A DNA stretch of 64,000 nt from positions 1,536,001 through 1,600,000 of the forward strand of contig JBGANV010000001.1 of assembly GCA_044222185.1 (NCBI GenBank), in the 5' to 3' direction. The notes beneath the pieces were generated by a model. The model worked only from the letters and a program-made list of their open reading frames with translations, did no database searches and was not told the DNA's origin. Position numbers and translations under genes: made by a program. Every line of letters starts with the position of its first letter. Within the stretch, counting starts at the first letter, position 1. This DNA is from Planctomycetota bacterium (GTDB lineage: Bacteria; Planctomycetota; GCA-002687715; CAIWVZ01). This document shows, piece by piece, positions 17,860 to 27,645 of the stretch.

Positions 17860-18654
17860 TCAACGTGTGAGCCGGGACGCCGCCAGATCCAGAAAGCGAC
17901 GCAATCCCTGTTGCTCCAGAAGGCCGAGACCGTAACGAATCCTCCGCTCCAGGTAAACCCGCCAGATCTCCGCCGAAAGCCCCACCTCGCGCGCCGCGCG
18001 GTGCGCCAGCTCGGCGCGCGCCCCCTGGCCCAGGTCGCGCGCTTCGAGGAGCGCAGGAACCAGGTCCGGGAACTCGGCCAGGACTCCAGGACGCGCCGCC
18101 CAGACGGCGAACACGAACGGCAATCCATGGAGCTCGCTCCAGCATTCCGCCAGATCCAGGTGCGGGACACCTGCCACGACCTCACGCAGCGCGTCATCGC
18201 CGATGACGAGCGACGCATCGAACCGCGAATCCCGGCTCGCGCGGTCCGGCGGGCATTCCTCCACCTCGGGCCGAACACCGAACCGTTCTGCGAGGACCAC
18301 CTGCGCGAGGAGTTGACTCGTCCGTGATGCCGGATCGAGCGCGAGGCGACGGATGAGATGGGGCGAGGTTCGAAGCGTGAGTACGACCGAGTCGACTCGG
18401 CCGAACGCGCCGATGGCGCAGCCGGGGATCACCTCGAGCGCGGGTTGGGCGAGAAGGGCCGCGACCGGCACCAGCCCGGCGTCGAAGCGGCTCTCCATCA
18501 ACCCGTTCGCGATCTCGCTCGGGCGCGCGCAGGTCAGATCGACTCGCGAATCGCGATCGAGCCCGTGCGTCAGCGGCCAGGCATTGACGTATGCCACCGC
18601 TCCGAGCCTCGGACGCCGGGCGCCCGGTTCTCCCGTTCGCCCGGGCCGAGTCAC
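17860..18654 (-). CDS. mqnA: Chorismate dehydratase (futalosine menaquinone pathway)
   Basis: GAVAYVNAWPL, VDSV, SRTS, LVIGDDAL, DLAECW...GLPFVFAVW. Confidence 0.9.
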   Translation of the reverse strand: MTRPGRTGEPGARRPRLGAVAYVNAWPLTHGLDRDSRVDLTCARPSEIANGLMESRFDAGLVPVAALLAQPALEVIPGCAIGAFGRVDSVVLTLRTSPHLIRRLALDPASRTSQLLAQVVLAERFGVRPEVEECPPDRASRDSRFDASLVIGDDALREVVAGVPHLDLAECWSELHGLPFVFAVWAARPGVLAEFPDLVPALLEARDLGQGARAELAHRAAREVGLSAEIWRVYLERRIRYGLGLLEQQGLRRFLDLAASRLTR

Positions 18655-18657
18655 GCG

Positions 18658-20793
18658 TCAGTTCAGAGGCGTGGGCGTCGAGGTGATCTTGCCCAGCTTC
18701 GGGTAGTCACACTCGAGTTGGAGGAACACTTCGCCCGCGACGGGTTTCTTGACGTCGAACGTCTTCGGGAAATAGACGACGTCGAGCGCGGGGTGCTTGT
18801 CATCGAGGTCTTCACGCGCTGGCGGCTTCATCTCCTTCGAGAACGCGTCCGGGCCTTCCTTCGCCGACTTGATGTGCACCGTCGGCTTGAACACGCCGGC
18901 GGAGAACCACCGGTATTCCTCGCCGCCGCAGCCGAACACCTTGATGTCCTTGCCGACGATCGTGATGTAGTCCTCACCCTTCTCACGGCGCGTGTCGGCC
19001 TTCCACACGAACGTGAACCCGGGATCCTTCGCGGCGCCCATGGCGATGGTGTTCAGCTTGCCTTCGGAGATGCCGAACTCGGCCGACTTGCCCTGCTCCA
19101 CGAGGATCGTCTCCCGACGATCGCCCTCGCCGTACGCGAAGTAGCCGTTGCGGAAGCGATAGCGTCCCGGCGGCACCCACATGGGCTTGTCCTTCGCGTC
19201 CATGAGGTTGAAGCTGATGTTGGCTTGCTCCCCGACACCCTCGGCAATCATGAAGGCCGGGTTGGTCGTCGACTTGTAGTCGAACTTCAGGAGTGCGATC
19301 GGGCCGTCGTAGGGTTTGAAACGGATCCCGGCGCCGCTCGCTTCGAGCTTCATCTCGAACAGCAGGTCTCCGATGTAGATGTACTTGCTGAGCGGCTGGA
19401 CCCTGGCGGTCTTGCCGGTGCCCACGACGACGCTGTCCTCGCCGTACCCGACGAAGTTGCCATCGCCGCTGTCGTCATAGACCGCGATGTCGACACCGTT
19501 GAACTTGGTCGTCACGGCGGTCGACCCGATCCACTTGAGCACGATGGGCTTCTCCGACGGCGCTCGACCGTCCTTCAAGTCGAAGCCCATGAGTTTGTAC
19601 TGGCTCGGAAGCGACATCATCCGCAGGAACACGTCGCCCTCGGTGCCCTCGCTGTACTTGCGCCCCTTGAACGCCACGACGTCGGTCTTGCCTTCCGGCA
19701 CCTTGAGCTTGTCTTCGGGTGCCTTGCCGCTGCCGTCGGGGTCGAAAAGGAGCTTGCCCTTCTCGTTCTTGATCTCGCTGTCACCGGGGATGCCCTTGAA
19801 CTTCTCGGGCTTCCCAGGGTTCACTTCCTGCGTGTGCCAGAAGAGCCAGTGCGAATTGGCCTGGTAGTTCGGAGTGAGGAACGTCCGCGGGCCGATCTCC
19901 TTGTACTTGGGCTTGTCGCCGTCGACCCAGTCGATCTTCAACGTGTGCTTGTTGGCGAGCGGCGGCGCATTCGTGACGCCAGTCGGGATCGCCGTTCCAC
20001 CTCCGCCGGCCCCACCGCCGGGTGAAGCGGCGGCCTTCTCCTCCGCCTCCTTGTACTGGGTCTTCGCCTTCTCGAGCGGCACCTTCACGTCGATGAGGTC
20101 CTCGCGGATCTTCGCGTTCTGCGCGAGCGTGCGCAGGAGGTTCATCAGGCCGTACTTCTCCACGATGTTCATCATCTTGGTGTCGCGACCCGACTCCACG
20201 GCTTTCTTGTAGTGGTAGCAGGCCTCGAAGTACTCGAGCTTGCCCTTGTGGCCCTCGCCGAGCCAGTAGTTCCCGTTGATCATCCAGAAGCCGTCGGTGA
20301 TCTCCTCTGCGATCGGAACGAACTTGGAGAAGATGTCGATGGCCTTCTGGAACGCCTCGGGCGTCCGCAGGTTGTTCGCCTCCTTGATGGCCTTGTCGCC
20401 ATCCGAGAGGTACTCCCACATCTTCGCCTTCTTGCCGCAGGCTTCCGGCGTGAGCGCCTTCGTCCAGGTGAGGCGCTCTGCCAGGTATTTGTCCTTGTTC
20501 TCGAGCTGATTGATCGTCGAGAGCTTCTCGAGGACGTTCATGCGCGTCTTCACGTCGGCCGTGGAGTTGTTCGCCACCGCCGAGCAGTACAGCGTCTCCC
20601 ACATCATGAAGCCGTCGACGATGTGATCGCGGTTCTTCTTCACGAGCTCCTGCATTTGCACGAAGCTGTCGGCGCCCGCCGCGACCTCGAACTTGTTCAT
20701 GAACGCTTCCGCGTTCGGTTCCTGCTGAGCCCGTGCGAACCCGGACGCCAGGAGCAAACCGCAGAGAGCCGAGAGCCAGGTTTTTCTGTACAT
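18658..20793 (-). CDS. Large secreted hypothetical protein (helical/TPR-like N-half, beta-rich C-half)
   Basis: Signal peptide MYRKTWLSALCGLLLASGFARA-Q; strongly biased codon usage; Gly-rich linker; DDSGDG motif. Confidence 0.85.
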   Translation of the reverse strand: MYRKTWLSALCGLLLASGFARAQQEPNAEAFMNKFEVAAGADSFVQMQELVKKNRDHIVDGFMMWETLYCSAVANNSTADVKTRMNVLEKLSTINQLENKDKYLAERLTWTKALTPEACGKKAKMWEYLSDGDKAIKEANNLRTPEAFQKAIDIFSKFVPIAEEITDGFWMINGNYWLGEGHKGKLEYFEACYHYKKAVESGRDTKMMNIVEKYGLMNLLRTLAQNAKIREDLIDVKVPLEKAKTQYKEAEEKAAASPGGGAGGGGTAIPTGVTNAPPLANKHTLKIDWVDGDKPKYKEIGPRTFLTPNYQANSHWLFWHTQEVNPGKPEKFKGIPGDSEIKNEKGKLLFDPDGSGKAPEDKLKVPEGKTDVVAFKGRKYSEGTEGDVFLRMMSLPSQYKLMGFDLKDGRAPSEKPIVLKWIGSTAVTTKFNGVDIAVYDDSGDGNFVGYGEDSVVVGTGKTARVQPLSKYIYIGDLLFEMKLEASGAGIRFKPYDGPIALLKFDYKSTTNPAFMIAEGVGEQANISFNLMDAKDKPMWVPPGRYRFRNGYFAYGEGDRRETILVEQGKSAEFGISEGKLNTIAMGAAKDPGFTFVWKADTRREKGEDYITIVGKDIKVFGCGGEEYRWFSAGVFKPTVHIKSAKEGPDAFSKEMKPPAREDLDDKHPALDVVYFPKTFDVKKPVAGEVFLQLECDYPKLGKITSTPTPLN

Positions 20794-20893
20794 GCGAGGT
20801 GTCTCGAACGTGGAACTGTCGGCAACGGCGCACAATTCGTGCCGGGGCGTGCAAGATGCGAGCGCCATCCTATACGCTCGCCCGGGAGGCTGC

Positions 20894-22498
20894 TCAAGCG
20901 CCAGGGACGGCCCACCGGACCCGTGACAGGATGGCCTCGGCAGCACGCATCCCGTCCACCGCAGCGGACACGATCCCACCCGCGTACCCGGCCCCTTCAC
21001 CCACGGGATAGAGCCCGTCCCAGCCGGGCGCCATGAGCGTCTCCTCGTCCCGCAGAATTCGGACAGGACAGGAGGAACGGGCCTCTGGCCCCACCAACAC
21101 GGCCTCAGGGTGACGCAGGAACCCTGGGAGCTGCCGGTCGAAGCGATGCAACGCCGCTGCGACCGCGTCGCTGATCTGTGATGGGGCCAGCCGCCGCAAC
21201 GACGCCGCGACCATGCCCGTCCGGCAAGAGCCCGCAGGCAGCGAGTCCGAGGGGCGGTCCGCGAGGAAGTCCGCGAGGCGCTGTGCGGGAACGCGCGGTG
21301 TGAGGCTCACGGCTTCGGCGGCGGCCGCCTCGAAGCGTTCCTGCAACTCGACGCCCGCGAAGACGGAGTCGCCCTGGAGGCCCGCGGGCTCGACGGTCGT
21401 GACGATCCCCGAGTTCGCGAAGCCGGAGTCGCGGTTCGAATACGACATGCCGTTGGTGTTCATGTGTCCCAGATCGGAGATGGCTGGGATCACCTCGCCG
21501 CCCGGGCACATGCAGAACGAGAACACGCTGCAAGACCCCACGTCGGCGACGATCTGGTAGTCGGCGGCGCCGAGCTTCGGGTGGCCGGCATGCCTCCCCC
21601 AGACGACGTCGTCGATGAAGTCCTGGGGATGCTCGACACGAAACCCCATCTGGAACGCCTTCCGCTCCATGACGACGCCGTCCGCATGGATCCGCCGCAG
21701 GAAAGCCCGCGCCGAATGGCCGGGCGCGAGCACGACATGGCTCGCCGGAACGTCCCCGAGCGTCGTACGCACGGAGGAGATCGCACCATGCGCGGCGACG
21801 AGAGACTCGGCCCGACAGCGAAAGCGCACCTCGCCGCCGAGCCGCAGGATTTCCTGGCGCAGGCGCCCGGTCACGGTCCGTATGCGGTCGGATCCCAGGT
21901 GTGGCCGGTAGTAGTAGGAAACGGCCGCGATCCCGCTCATCGCGCGGAACTCGTCGAGCACGGTCTGAGCTCGTGGGTCCTTGCTCCGCGACGTCAGCTT
22001 CCCGTCACTCCACGTGCCCGCACCGCCTTCTCCGAAGAGGTAATTGCTTTCGGCGTCGAGCACCCCGTCGCGGTTGAGGTCGCGAATGCGCGTGGCGCGG
22101 TGATTCATGGCATCGCCGCGCTCCAGGACGATGGGTCGCAGGCCGTGGCGCGCGAGGACGAGGGCGGCGAACAGACCTGCGGGGCCCGACCCGATCACGA
22201 CTGGCGGATGATCGAGGGCGATCGTCCCCGGGGTGAGGACCGCGACCGGCGGGGGTTCGACCCATCGCACGTCCGGATCCGTCCGGAGGCGACCCCGCGC
22301 GGGTGACGGGTCGTTCAGCGTGATGCTCACGGTGTACACGAAGGCCGCGCGCCGGTGCCGTTTGTCGAGGGACTTCCGGACGATCTCGAAGCTGCGGATC
22401 TCCGGCTCCGTGACCCCGGCCCGCAAAAGAGCCATGGGCAACACGTCGCTCTCGTCTCCATCGAGCGAGAGGTGGATGTTCGAGACCTGGATCGGCAT
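20894..22498 (-). CDS. FAD-dependent oxidoreductase (COG2509-like uncharacterised dehydrogenase)
   Basis: IGSGPAGLFAA, FGEGGAGTWSDGKL, FCMCPGG, TNGMS, GEGAGYAGGIVSAAVDG. Confidence 0.92.
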   Translation of the reverse strand: MPIQVSNIHLSLDGDESDVLPMALLRAGVTEPEIRSFEIVRKSLDKRHRRAAFVYTVSITLNDPSPARGRLRTDPDVRWVEPPPVAVLTPGTIALDHPPVVIGSGPAGLFAALVLARHGLRPIVLERGDAMNHRATRIRDLNRDGVLDAESNYLFGEGGAGTWSDGKLTSRSKDPRAQTVLDEFRAMSGIAAVSYYYRPHLGSDRIRTVTGRLRQEILRLGGEVRFRCRAESLVAAHGAISSVRTTLGDVPASHVVLAPGHSARAFLRRIHADGVVMERKAFQMGFRVEHPQDFIDDVVWGRHAGHPKLGAADYQIVADVGSCSVFSFCMCPGGEVIPAISDLGHMNTNGMSYSNRDSGFANSGIVTTVEPAGLQGDSVFAGVELQERFEAAAAEAVSLTPRVPAQRLADFLADRPSDSLPAGSCRTGMVAASLRRLAPSQISDAVAAALHRFDRQLPGFLRHPEAVLVGPEARSSCPVRILRDEETLMAPGWDGLYPVGEGAGYAGGIVSAAVDGMRAAEAILSRVRWAVPGA

Positions 22499-23334
22499 CA
22501 GTCGCGTTTGGCGTTCTGATACTTCCCCGAGACGCGCTTGAGGAACTCGCGCTCCTTTTCGGTAAGCGCGGGCATCCCGTCCTTCGCGATCTTCTCGAGC
22601 AGTCGATCGAGCTCGCGTTCCTCGTCGAGGACCTGCTCGACCATCTGCTGGCGCTTGACTTCGGCTCGCTTCTCGCGGTGTTCCTCCCAGCGCGGCGCCA
22701 TGAAGCGGGGCCACAAATACGCGACCCAAAGGCCCGTGGCGGCACCCAGGAGGTGGCAGAAGCTATCGGTCCCGGCCCCCTCGCGCCCGAGGACCTCGAG
22801 CAACTCGATGCCGACGAAGATGGCGACCGCGTACTTGATCTTCATGGGGATCAGCATGAAGAACAGGATCATCACGTTCGGCATCAGGAGAGCGAGCGCC
22901 ACCATGACGCCGAAGATCGCGCCACTCGCGCCGATCGTCGGGATGACCTCACCATAGAAGGCGTGTCGCAGGATCGGCGACAACGACCCCACGAGCCCCG
23001 AGGCCACGTAGAGCCGAACGAACGGCCGCGTGCCGAACTGCGGCTCGAGCATCCAGCCTGCGAAACCGAGCGTCACCATGTTGAACAGGATGTGACGCGT
23101 GTCGCCATGAACGAGCTGATAGGTGACGACCCGCCACAGCTCGCCGTCGGCGAACCCCTGCCAGGACGTCCCCAGGTGAGCATCAACCCAGTTGCGCGCG
23201 CCCGGGTGGACGAGGTTGGCGACGAGCTTCGCAACGTGCGCCGCTACGGTGATCCCCACGATCGTCCAGGTCCCACGACTTCGCGTGAACCAGTGACCAT
23301 CCTCGGGGCTCGCGTATGCGCGGTCTTGCCACAT
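22498..23334 (-). CDS. Rhomboid intramembrane serine protease with C-terminal helical extension
   Basis: WRVVTYQLVH, HILFNM, catalytic GASG and HLLGA; C-terminal ELDRLLEKIAKDGMPALTEKEREFL. Confidence 0.92.
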   Translation of the reverse strand: MWQDRAYASPEDGHWFTRSRGTWTIVGITVAAHVAKLVANLVHPGARNWVDAHLGTSWQGFADGELWRVVTYQLVHGDTRHILFNMVTLGFAGWMLEPQFGTRPFVRLYVASGLVGSLSPILRHAFYGEVIPTIGASGAIFGVMVALALLMPNVMILFFMLIPMKIKYAVAIFVGIELLEVLGREGAGTDSFCHLLGAATGLWVAYLWPRFMAPRWEEHREKRAEVKRQQMVEQVLDEERELDRLLEKIAKDGMPALTEKEREFLKRVSGKYQNAKRD

Positions 23335-23341
23335 CTGGGTT

Positions 23342-23896
23342 TCAGTCCGGCTGCGCCTTGGCGTAGCACTCGGGTCGCAACACTCCGATATACGGGAGGT
23401 TTCGATAGCGGTCAGCGAAATCCAGTCCGTACCCGACGACGAAGACGTCCTCGACCTGGAAGCCCACGTAGTCCGCCTGGACGGCGACGGCCCGCCGAGC
23501 GGCCTTGTCGAGCAGCACGCACGTGACGACGTGCTTGGCCCCGAGGTCGGTCCGCAGCTTGTGGCACACCTGTTGGAGCGTACGCCCCGTGTCCAGGATG
23601 TCGTCCACCACGAGCACGGTCTTGCCCGACAGGTTCTCCAACGGGAACACGCGCAGATGGACCGTCCCGGACGACTCCGTCCCCTGGCCGTAGCTCGACG
23701 CCCATGCGAAATCGAGTTTCAGCGGGATGGTGATGGCGCGGATCAGGTCCGCGAGGAACACGACGCCACCCTTCAGGAGTGCGACGACGACCAGGTCGTC
23801 GTTCACGTGCCGCCTGCTGATCTCGGTGCCGAGCGTCCGGATCCGCTCGCGAATGCGATTCTCGTCGAACAGGACGCGCTCGATGTCTTTGTCCAT
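23342..23896 (-). CDS. hpt: Hypoxanthine phosphoribosyltransferase
   Basis: LLKGGVVFLADL, SSYG, VLVVDDILDTGRTL, FVVGYGLDFADRYRNLPYIG. Start at ATG 23896. Confidence 0.95.
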   Translation of the reverse strand: MDKDIERVLFDENRIRERIRTLGTEISRRHVNDDLVVVALLKGGVVFLADLIRAITIPLKLDFAWASSYGQGTESSGTVHLRVFPLENLSGKTVLVVDDILDTGRTLQQVCHKLRTDLGAKHVVTCVLLDKAARRAVAVQADYVGFQVEDVFVVGYGLDFADRYRNLPYIGVLRPECYAKAQPD

Positions 23897-24022
23897 GGTG
23901 GAGCTGCGCGAGTCGAGGTCGAACTCGCCTCGATCGGCCCGCCATCGTACAGGCATGGACGCCACGCAGGAAGTTGAGCGGTCGCCCTCGATCCGCGGGA
24001 GCCGGCGCCGCATAATCGCGCC

Positions 24023-24886
24023 ATGGCGACCTTGCTGCTGGGTGCTCCCCTCGCGTCGACGATCGAGAACGACGTTCGTGCACGTGCGGCGTTGGCGGCG
24101 GAGAGGGGCTTCAAGCCCTACCTCGTGGCCGTTTCGGCCTCGGACGACCCCGCGAACGAGGTGTACTTGAAGCGTCAGGCCAAGGCCGCCGACCGCCTGG
24201 GATTCCGCTACGAGATCCGAAACATCGGCGGCACAGCCGCCGAGTCCGACGTGCTTGCGGCCATCGCCCGGCTCAACGCCGATCCGGAGGTCACGGGCAT
24301 CATCGTGCAGATGCCGCTCCCCCCGGGCGTCGTCGTCGCGAACGTCCAGCGCGCGATCGCGCCCATGAAGGACGTGGAGGGTGTCCACCCTCTGAATCTC
24401 GGAGAGCTCTTGGACGGCGACGCCGTCCTCCGCCCATGCACGGCGGCGGCCATCCTGGAGGTGGCGAAGGCCTCGGGCGTCCAACTCGCTGGCCGGCACG
24501 CCGTCGTCATCGGACGCAGCCGGATCGTCGGGCGCCCGGCGGCCCTCATGTTCCTCGCCGAGAGCTGCACGGTCACCGTGTGTCACTCGCGAACGCCGGA
24601 CATCGGCGCCCTGACGCGGACGGCCGACATCGTCGTGTGTGCCGTCGGCAAGGTGGGACTCCTGCAACCCGAGATGGTGAAGGCCGGTGCTCTGGTCCTC
24701 GACGTCGGGATCAACGAGGTCGAACGTGACGGCAAGCGCGGCATCGTCGGCGACGCGGACCCGCGCGTGGCGGAAGTCGCCGGCCAGTTCACGCCGACTC
24801 CGGGTGGGGTCGGACCCGTGACGGTCGCAATCCTGTGGCGGAACGCCATCGCGGCGCTCGAGCGCCAGATCCGAGATCGGCGCTGA
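24023..24886 (+). CDS. folD: Methylenetetrahydrofolate dehydrogenase/cyclohydrolase
   Basis: GIIVQMPLP, KDVEG, PCT, GRSRIVGRP, DVGIN, TPTPGGVGPVT. Confidence 0.95.
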   Translation: MATLLLGAPLASTIENDVRARAALAAERGFKPYLVAVSASDDPANEVYLKRQAKAADRLGFRYEIRNIGGTAAESDVLAAIARLNADPEVTGIIVQMPLPPGVVVANVQRAIAPMKDVEGVHPLNLGELLDGDAVLRPCTAAAILEVAKASGVQLAGRHAVVIGRSRIVGRPAALMFLAESCTVTVCHSRTPDIGALTRTADIVVCAVGKVGLLQPEMVKAGALVLDVGINEVERDGKRGIVGDADPRVAEVAGQFTPTPGGVGPVTVAILWRNAIAALERQIRDRR

Positions 24887-24892
24887 CGCGTA

Positions 24893-25915
24893 TCAGCGCC
24901 GGCGCGCGAGAACGAAGTCGGCGATCGCCTCGAACTCGGTGATCGAGCCCGCCGGCAGGCTGCGACGGACTGCGGTCACGGCCTTCGTCGCGTGCTGACG
25001 GGCGCGCGTGAGCGCGGCCTCGATGGAGCCGGTGCGCGTGAGCGTCCGGCGCATGAAGGCCAGATCGTCCGCCTCCGTCGCTCCTCCAGAAATCACGCGC
25101 ATCGCCCGCTCGCGCTCGGCACCCGTCGCATTCGCGAGCAGCATCAGGATCGGGAGCGTCATCTTGCCGTTGCGAAGATCGGTCCCGAGCGATTTGCCGA
25201 CGACGGCTTCATCGCCGATGAGGTCGAGGCAGTCGTCCGTGATCTGGAACGCGGTACCGAGTTCCATGCCGTACAAACCACAGGCGGACGCGACGTCGGG
25301 TGACGCACCCGCGATGTGGGCCGCCAGCTCGCAGCCGGCGGAATACAGCGCAGCCGTCTTGTCCTGGATGATGCGGTAGTAGAGCGCCTCGTCCACGTCC
25401 GTCGACTGGCGATGGCGATTCTGCAGGATCTCGCCCTCGCACAGGGTGCTCACGGCCTTCGTGAGGAGTTCGAGGCAGCGGAAGTCACCGAGACGGGCCA
25501 GGAGGTTGATCGCGCGCGCGAAGATCACGTCGCCGAGGAGGACCGCGTCGAAGTTCGACCAGCGTGCATTCACGGTCGAGTCGCGCCGGCGCATCCCGGC
25601 TTCGTCGATGACGTCATCGTGGACCAGCGTCGCCAGGTGGATGAGCTCGACGATGGCGCCGAGGCGGTAGTGCCGGGGGCTCGGGCCGCCGAGCGACCGC
25701 GCGATGAGAAGCACGAGGGCCGGGCGCAGCTTCTTTCCGGAGTAGCGCGCGACATGTGACGTCATGGCCGAGACTTCCGGCCGGTCCGCCTTCATGGCAT
25801 CGGAGATTTCCGCATCGACGCGAAGCAGCTCCGTGCCCAGACTCCTGTAAAGGCGGTCCAGTGCGGCCTCCGCCGGTTGGGAGACGGTCACGGTTGACGT
25901 CGCTGGTTGGCTCAC
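24893..25915 (-). CDS. Polyprenyl diphosphate synthase (IspB/HepT-like)
   Basis: GKKLRP, HDDVID...RR, KTA, FQITDDCLD, GKSLGTDLRNGKMTLP. Confidence 0.93.
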   Translation of the reverse strand: MSQPATSTVTVSQPAEAALDRLYRSLGTELLRVDAEISDAMKADRPEVSAMTSHVARYSGKKLRPALVLLIARSLGGPSPRHYRLGAIVELIHLATLVHDDVIDEAGMRRRDSTVNARWSNFDAVLLGDVIFARAINLLARLGDFRCLELLTKAVSTLCEGEILQNRHRQSTDVDEALYYRIIQDKTAALYSAGCELAAHIAGASPDVASACGLYGMELGTAFQITDDCLDLIGDEAVVGKSLGTDLRNGKMTLPILMLLANATGAERERAMRVISGGATEADDLAFMRRTLTRTGSIEAALTRARQHATKAVTAVRRSLPAGSITEFEAIADFVLARRR

Positions 25916-25986
25916 GCGCAGCGCAGGCTAACTGAGGGTTTCAGGGCGATCAACGCGCGGCCAGAAGGCAACCTCGCGGCTCCTTT

Positions 25987-26601
25987 TCAGCCTCTACGTG
26001 ACCGCGCCATCCGCTCGGCGATCGCAAGCGTTTCGGCGTCGTTGACGTTCATGAACGCCTCCACCGGGTCGACTCCCGGAAACGCCACGTCCATCGGAAC
26101 GACGCATGCGCGAACGCGCTCGTGAAAGCAGTCGGCGCGGCGTTCACCGGACGAGAGGAGGTCCGCGATGACGGGGGCCAGATCCGCGGAAAGCAGCGCG
26201 GGAAAGGGCTCACGGTTCGCCCCATTGAGCAGGAGCACGGCATCGCTGCCCCGAACGTAGTGCAGGAGCCGGTCGCCTGTCTCGGCCGGCAGGTTGGGCA
26301 GATCACACGGTACGACGAGCAGGAACGGCGTCGTCGTCGCATCCAACAGCGCCGAGATCCCGGCAAGCGGTCCCAGCCCCGGCTCTCTGTCATCCACGCG
26401 CCTGGACCGCGCAGGCGGATCCGCGCCACCGGGACGCGTCGAAACGAGGATCGGCACGCCCTCGGGCGCCAGACGCGCGACGAGGTGTTCGATCATGGGA
26501 CGGCCGAGAAACGGGACCTGGGCCTTGTCGCGTCCCATGCGCCGGCTCTCACCGCCCGAGAGGACGCCCAAGGACCATTGCGGAGCGATGCGTCGCATCA
26601 C
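25987..26601 (-). CDS. mobA: Molybdenum cofactor guanylyltransferase
   Basis: LSGGESRRMGRDKA, GPLAGI, VPCDLP, FMNVN. Confidence 0.9.
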   Translation of the reverse strand: MMRRIAPQWSLGVLSGGESRRMGRDKAQVPFLGRPMIEHLVARLAPEGVPILVSTRPGGADPPARSRRVDDREPGLGPLAGISALLDATTTPFLLVVPCDLPNLPAETGDRLLHYVRGSDAVLLLNGANREPFPALLSADLAPVIADLLSSGERRADCFHERVRACVVPMDVAFPGVDPVEAFMNVNDAETLAIAERMARSRRG

Positions 26602-26816
26602 CGCCGGTCGATCTCGAGCTTGATCGAGCGCGGGTGATCGACGCCACGTAGGGCCTCGACGAGCCCGGCGACCGAGCCCCCGACCATGTCGTGGATGAAC
26701 TCCTTCAGTTCGAGCCGCCGGCCGTCGACGTGCAACACGACGCGGAAGCGCTTGCCCGTTTCAGAAATCCGCCCGGAGGAGGATTCGCCAGCGTCACACC
26801 CGCTGCCGTCCATCAA
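26598..26816 (-). CDS. Small protein resembling the C-terminal domain of MobB
   Basis: VVLHVDGRRLELKEFIHDMVGGSVAGLVEALRGVD...IKLEI; 4-nt overlaps with both tatA and mobA. Confidence 0.65.
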   Translation of the reverse strand: MMDGSGCDAGESSSGRISETGKRFRVVLHVDGRRLELKEFIHDMVGGSVAGLVEALRGVDHPRSIKLEIDRR

Positions 26817-27082
26817 GCGTGGCCTTCACGATCGCGGGTTGCGGTCTCGACCTTGCGCGCGTCCCGGTTCTCGATCTGGGTCGGCCGCGCCTGGGTGGGA
26901 TCCTCCTCGCCGTCGCCTGATTCCTTGATCCCCTTCTTGAACTCCTTGATCGACATCCCGAAGCTCCGCGCGGCCTTCGGCAGTCGCGCTCCGAACAGCA
27001 CGAGCGCCAGGATGCAGATGACGATGAGCTCCGTGTTGCCGAGGCCCAAGAGCCCGAGCAGCGGCAGTGTCGAGGATGGCAT
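26813..27082 (-). CDS. tatA: Twin-arginine translocase TatA/E subunit
   Basis: LGNTELIVICILALVLFGARLPKAARSFGMSIKEFKKG. Confidence 0.92.
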   Translation of the reverse strand: MPSSTLPLLGLLGLGNTELIVICILALVLFGARLPKAARSFGMSIKEFKKGIKESGDGEEDPTQARPTQIENRDARKVETATRDREGHA

Positions 27083-27144
27083 GTTGACCTTTCAGGCGAT
27101 CGGCGGCGCGCCGACACGGCCGCGATTCTACCACTGGCGCGGCA

Positions 27145-27645
27145 TCATCCCCGGGGTGGCGTGCGGTCGTCGGCACGGCGAGCGCGGAAGGTCGACCGAG
27201 CCTTGCCCCACCACCTAGCCCATTCCGTTTGATCCTGCCCGAAGCTCTTCCCGGTGACCTTTGCCAGGGCTTCGGCGGCGGATGCGCGCTTCTCCGCATC
27301 CTCGCTCGAAAGCGTTCGAATCAGTCCATCCACCAGGACCCGCTCCTCCTTGTAGGAGGGTCCATAGATCTGCTGATTCACGACGTCCATGATCCCGTCG
27401 AGGATGCGTGCGAGGCGGTTCTTGTCGGCGATCACGCCGCTGAGGAAGAGGAACGCAAAGGCGACGAAGAAGCGCGTGACGACCTCCGGGTCCTTCGCCG
27501 CGCGTTGCAGCGCCGCATACCCCGTCGCCTCCGGGAAGAAGAGACTCGCAAGAAGGTAGATCCCGAGAACGAGCGGGACGTTCTGCCACACGGAGCTGCG
27601 CGATCGCTTCAGGGGCGCGGCTCCGCCCTGTGGAGGGGTGCTCAC
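27145..27645 (-). CDS. Membrane protein (2 TM) with a C-terminal HEAT repeat
   Basis: GTG start overlaps the murA stop (GTGA); two hydrophobic segments; [39 protein letters not shown]. Confidence 0.75.
   Translation of the reverse strand: MSTPPQGGAAPLKRSRSSVWQNVPLVLGIYLLASLFFPEATGYAALQRAAKDPEVVTRFFVAFAFLFLSGVIADKNRLARILDGIMDVVNQQIYGPSYKEERVLVDGLIRTLSSEDAEKRASAAEALAKVTGKSFGQDQTEWARWWGKARSTFRARRADDRTPPRG

Noticed and set aside
23897-24667. Long N-terminal extension of hpt in the ORF track (similar extensions for pyrD, sucD, gspJ, the 27145 HEAT gene and the FAD oxidoreductase)
   Set aside because: The extensions overlap neighbouring genes; homology starts at downstream start codons.
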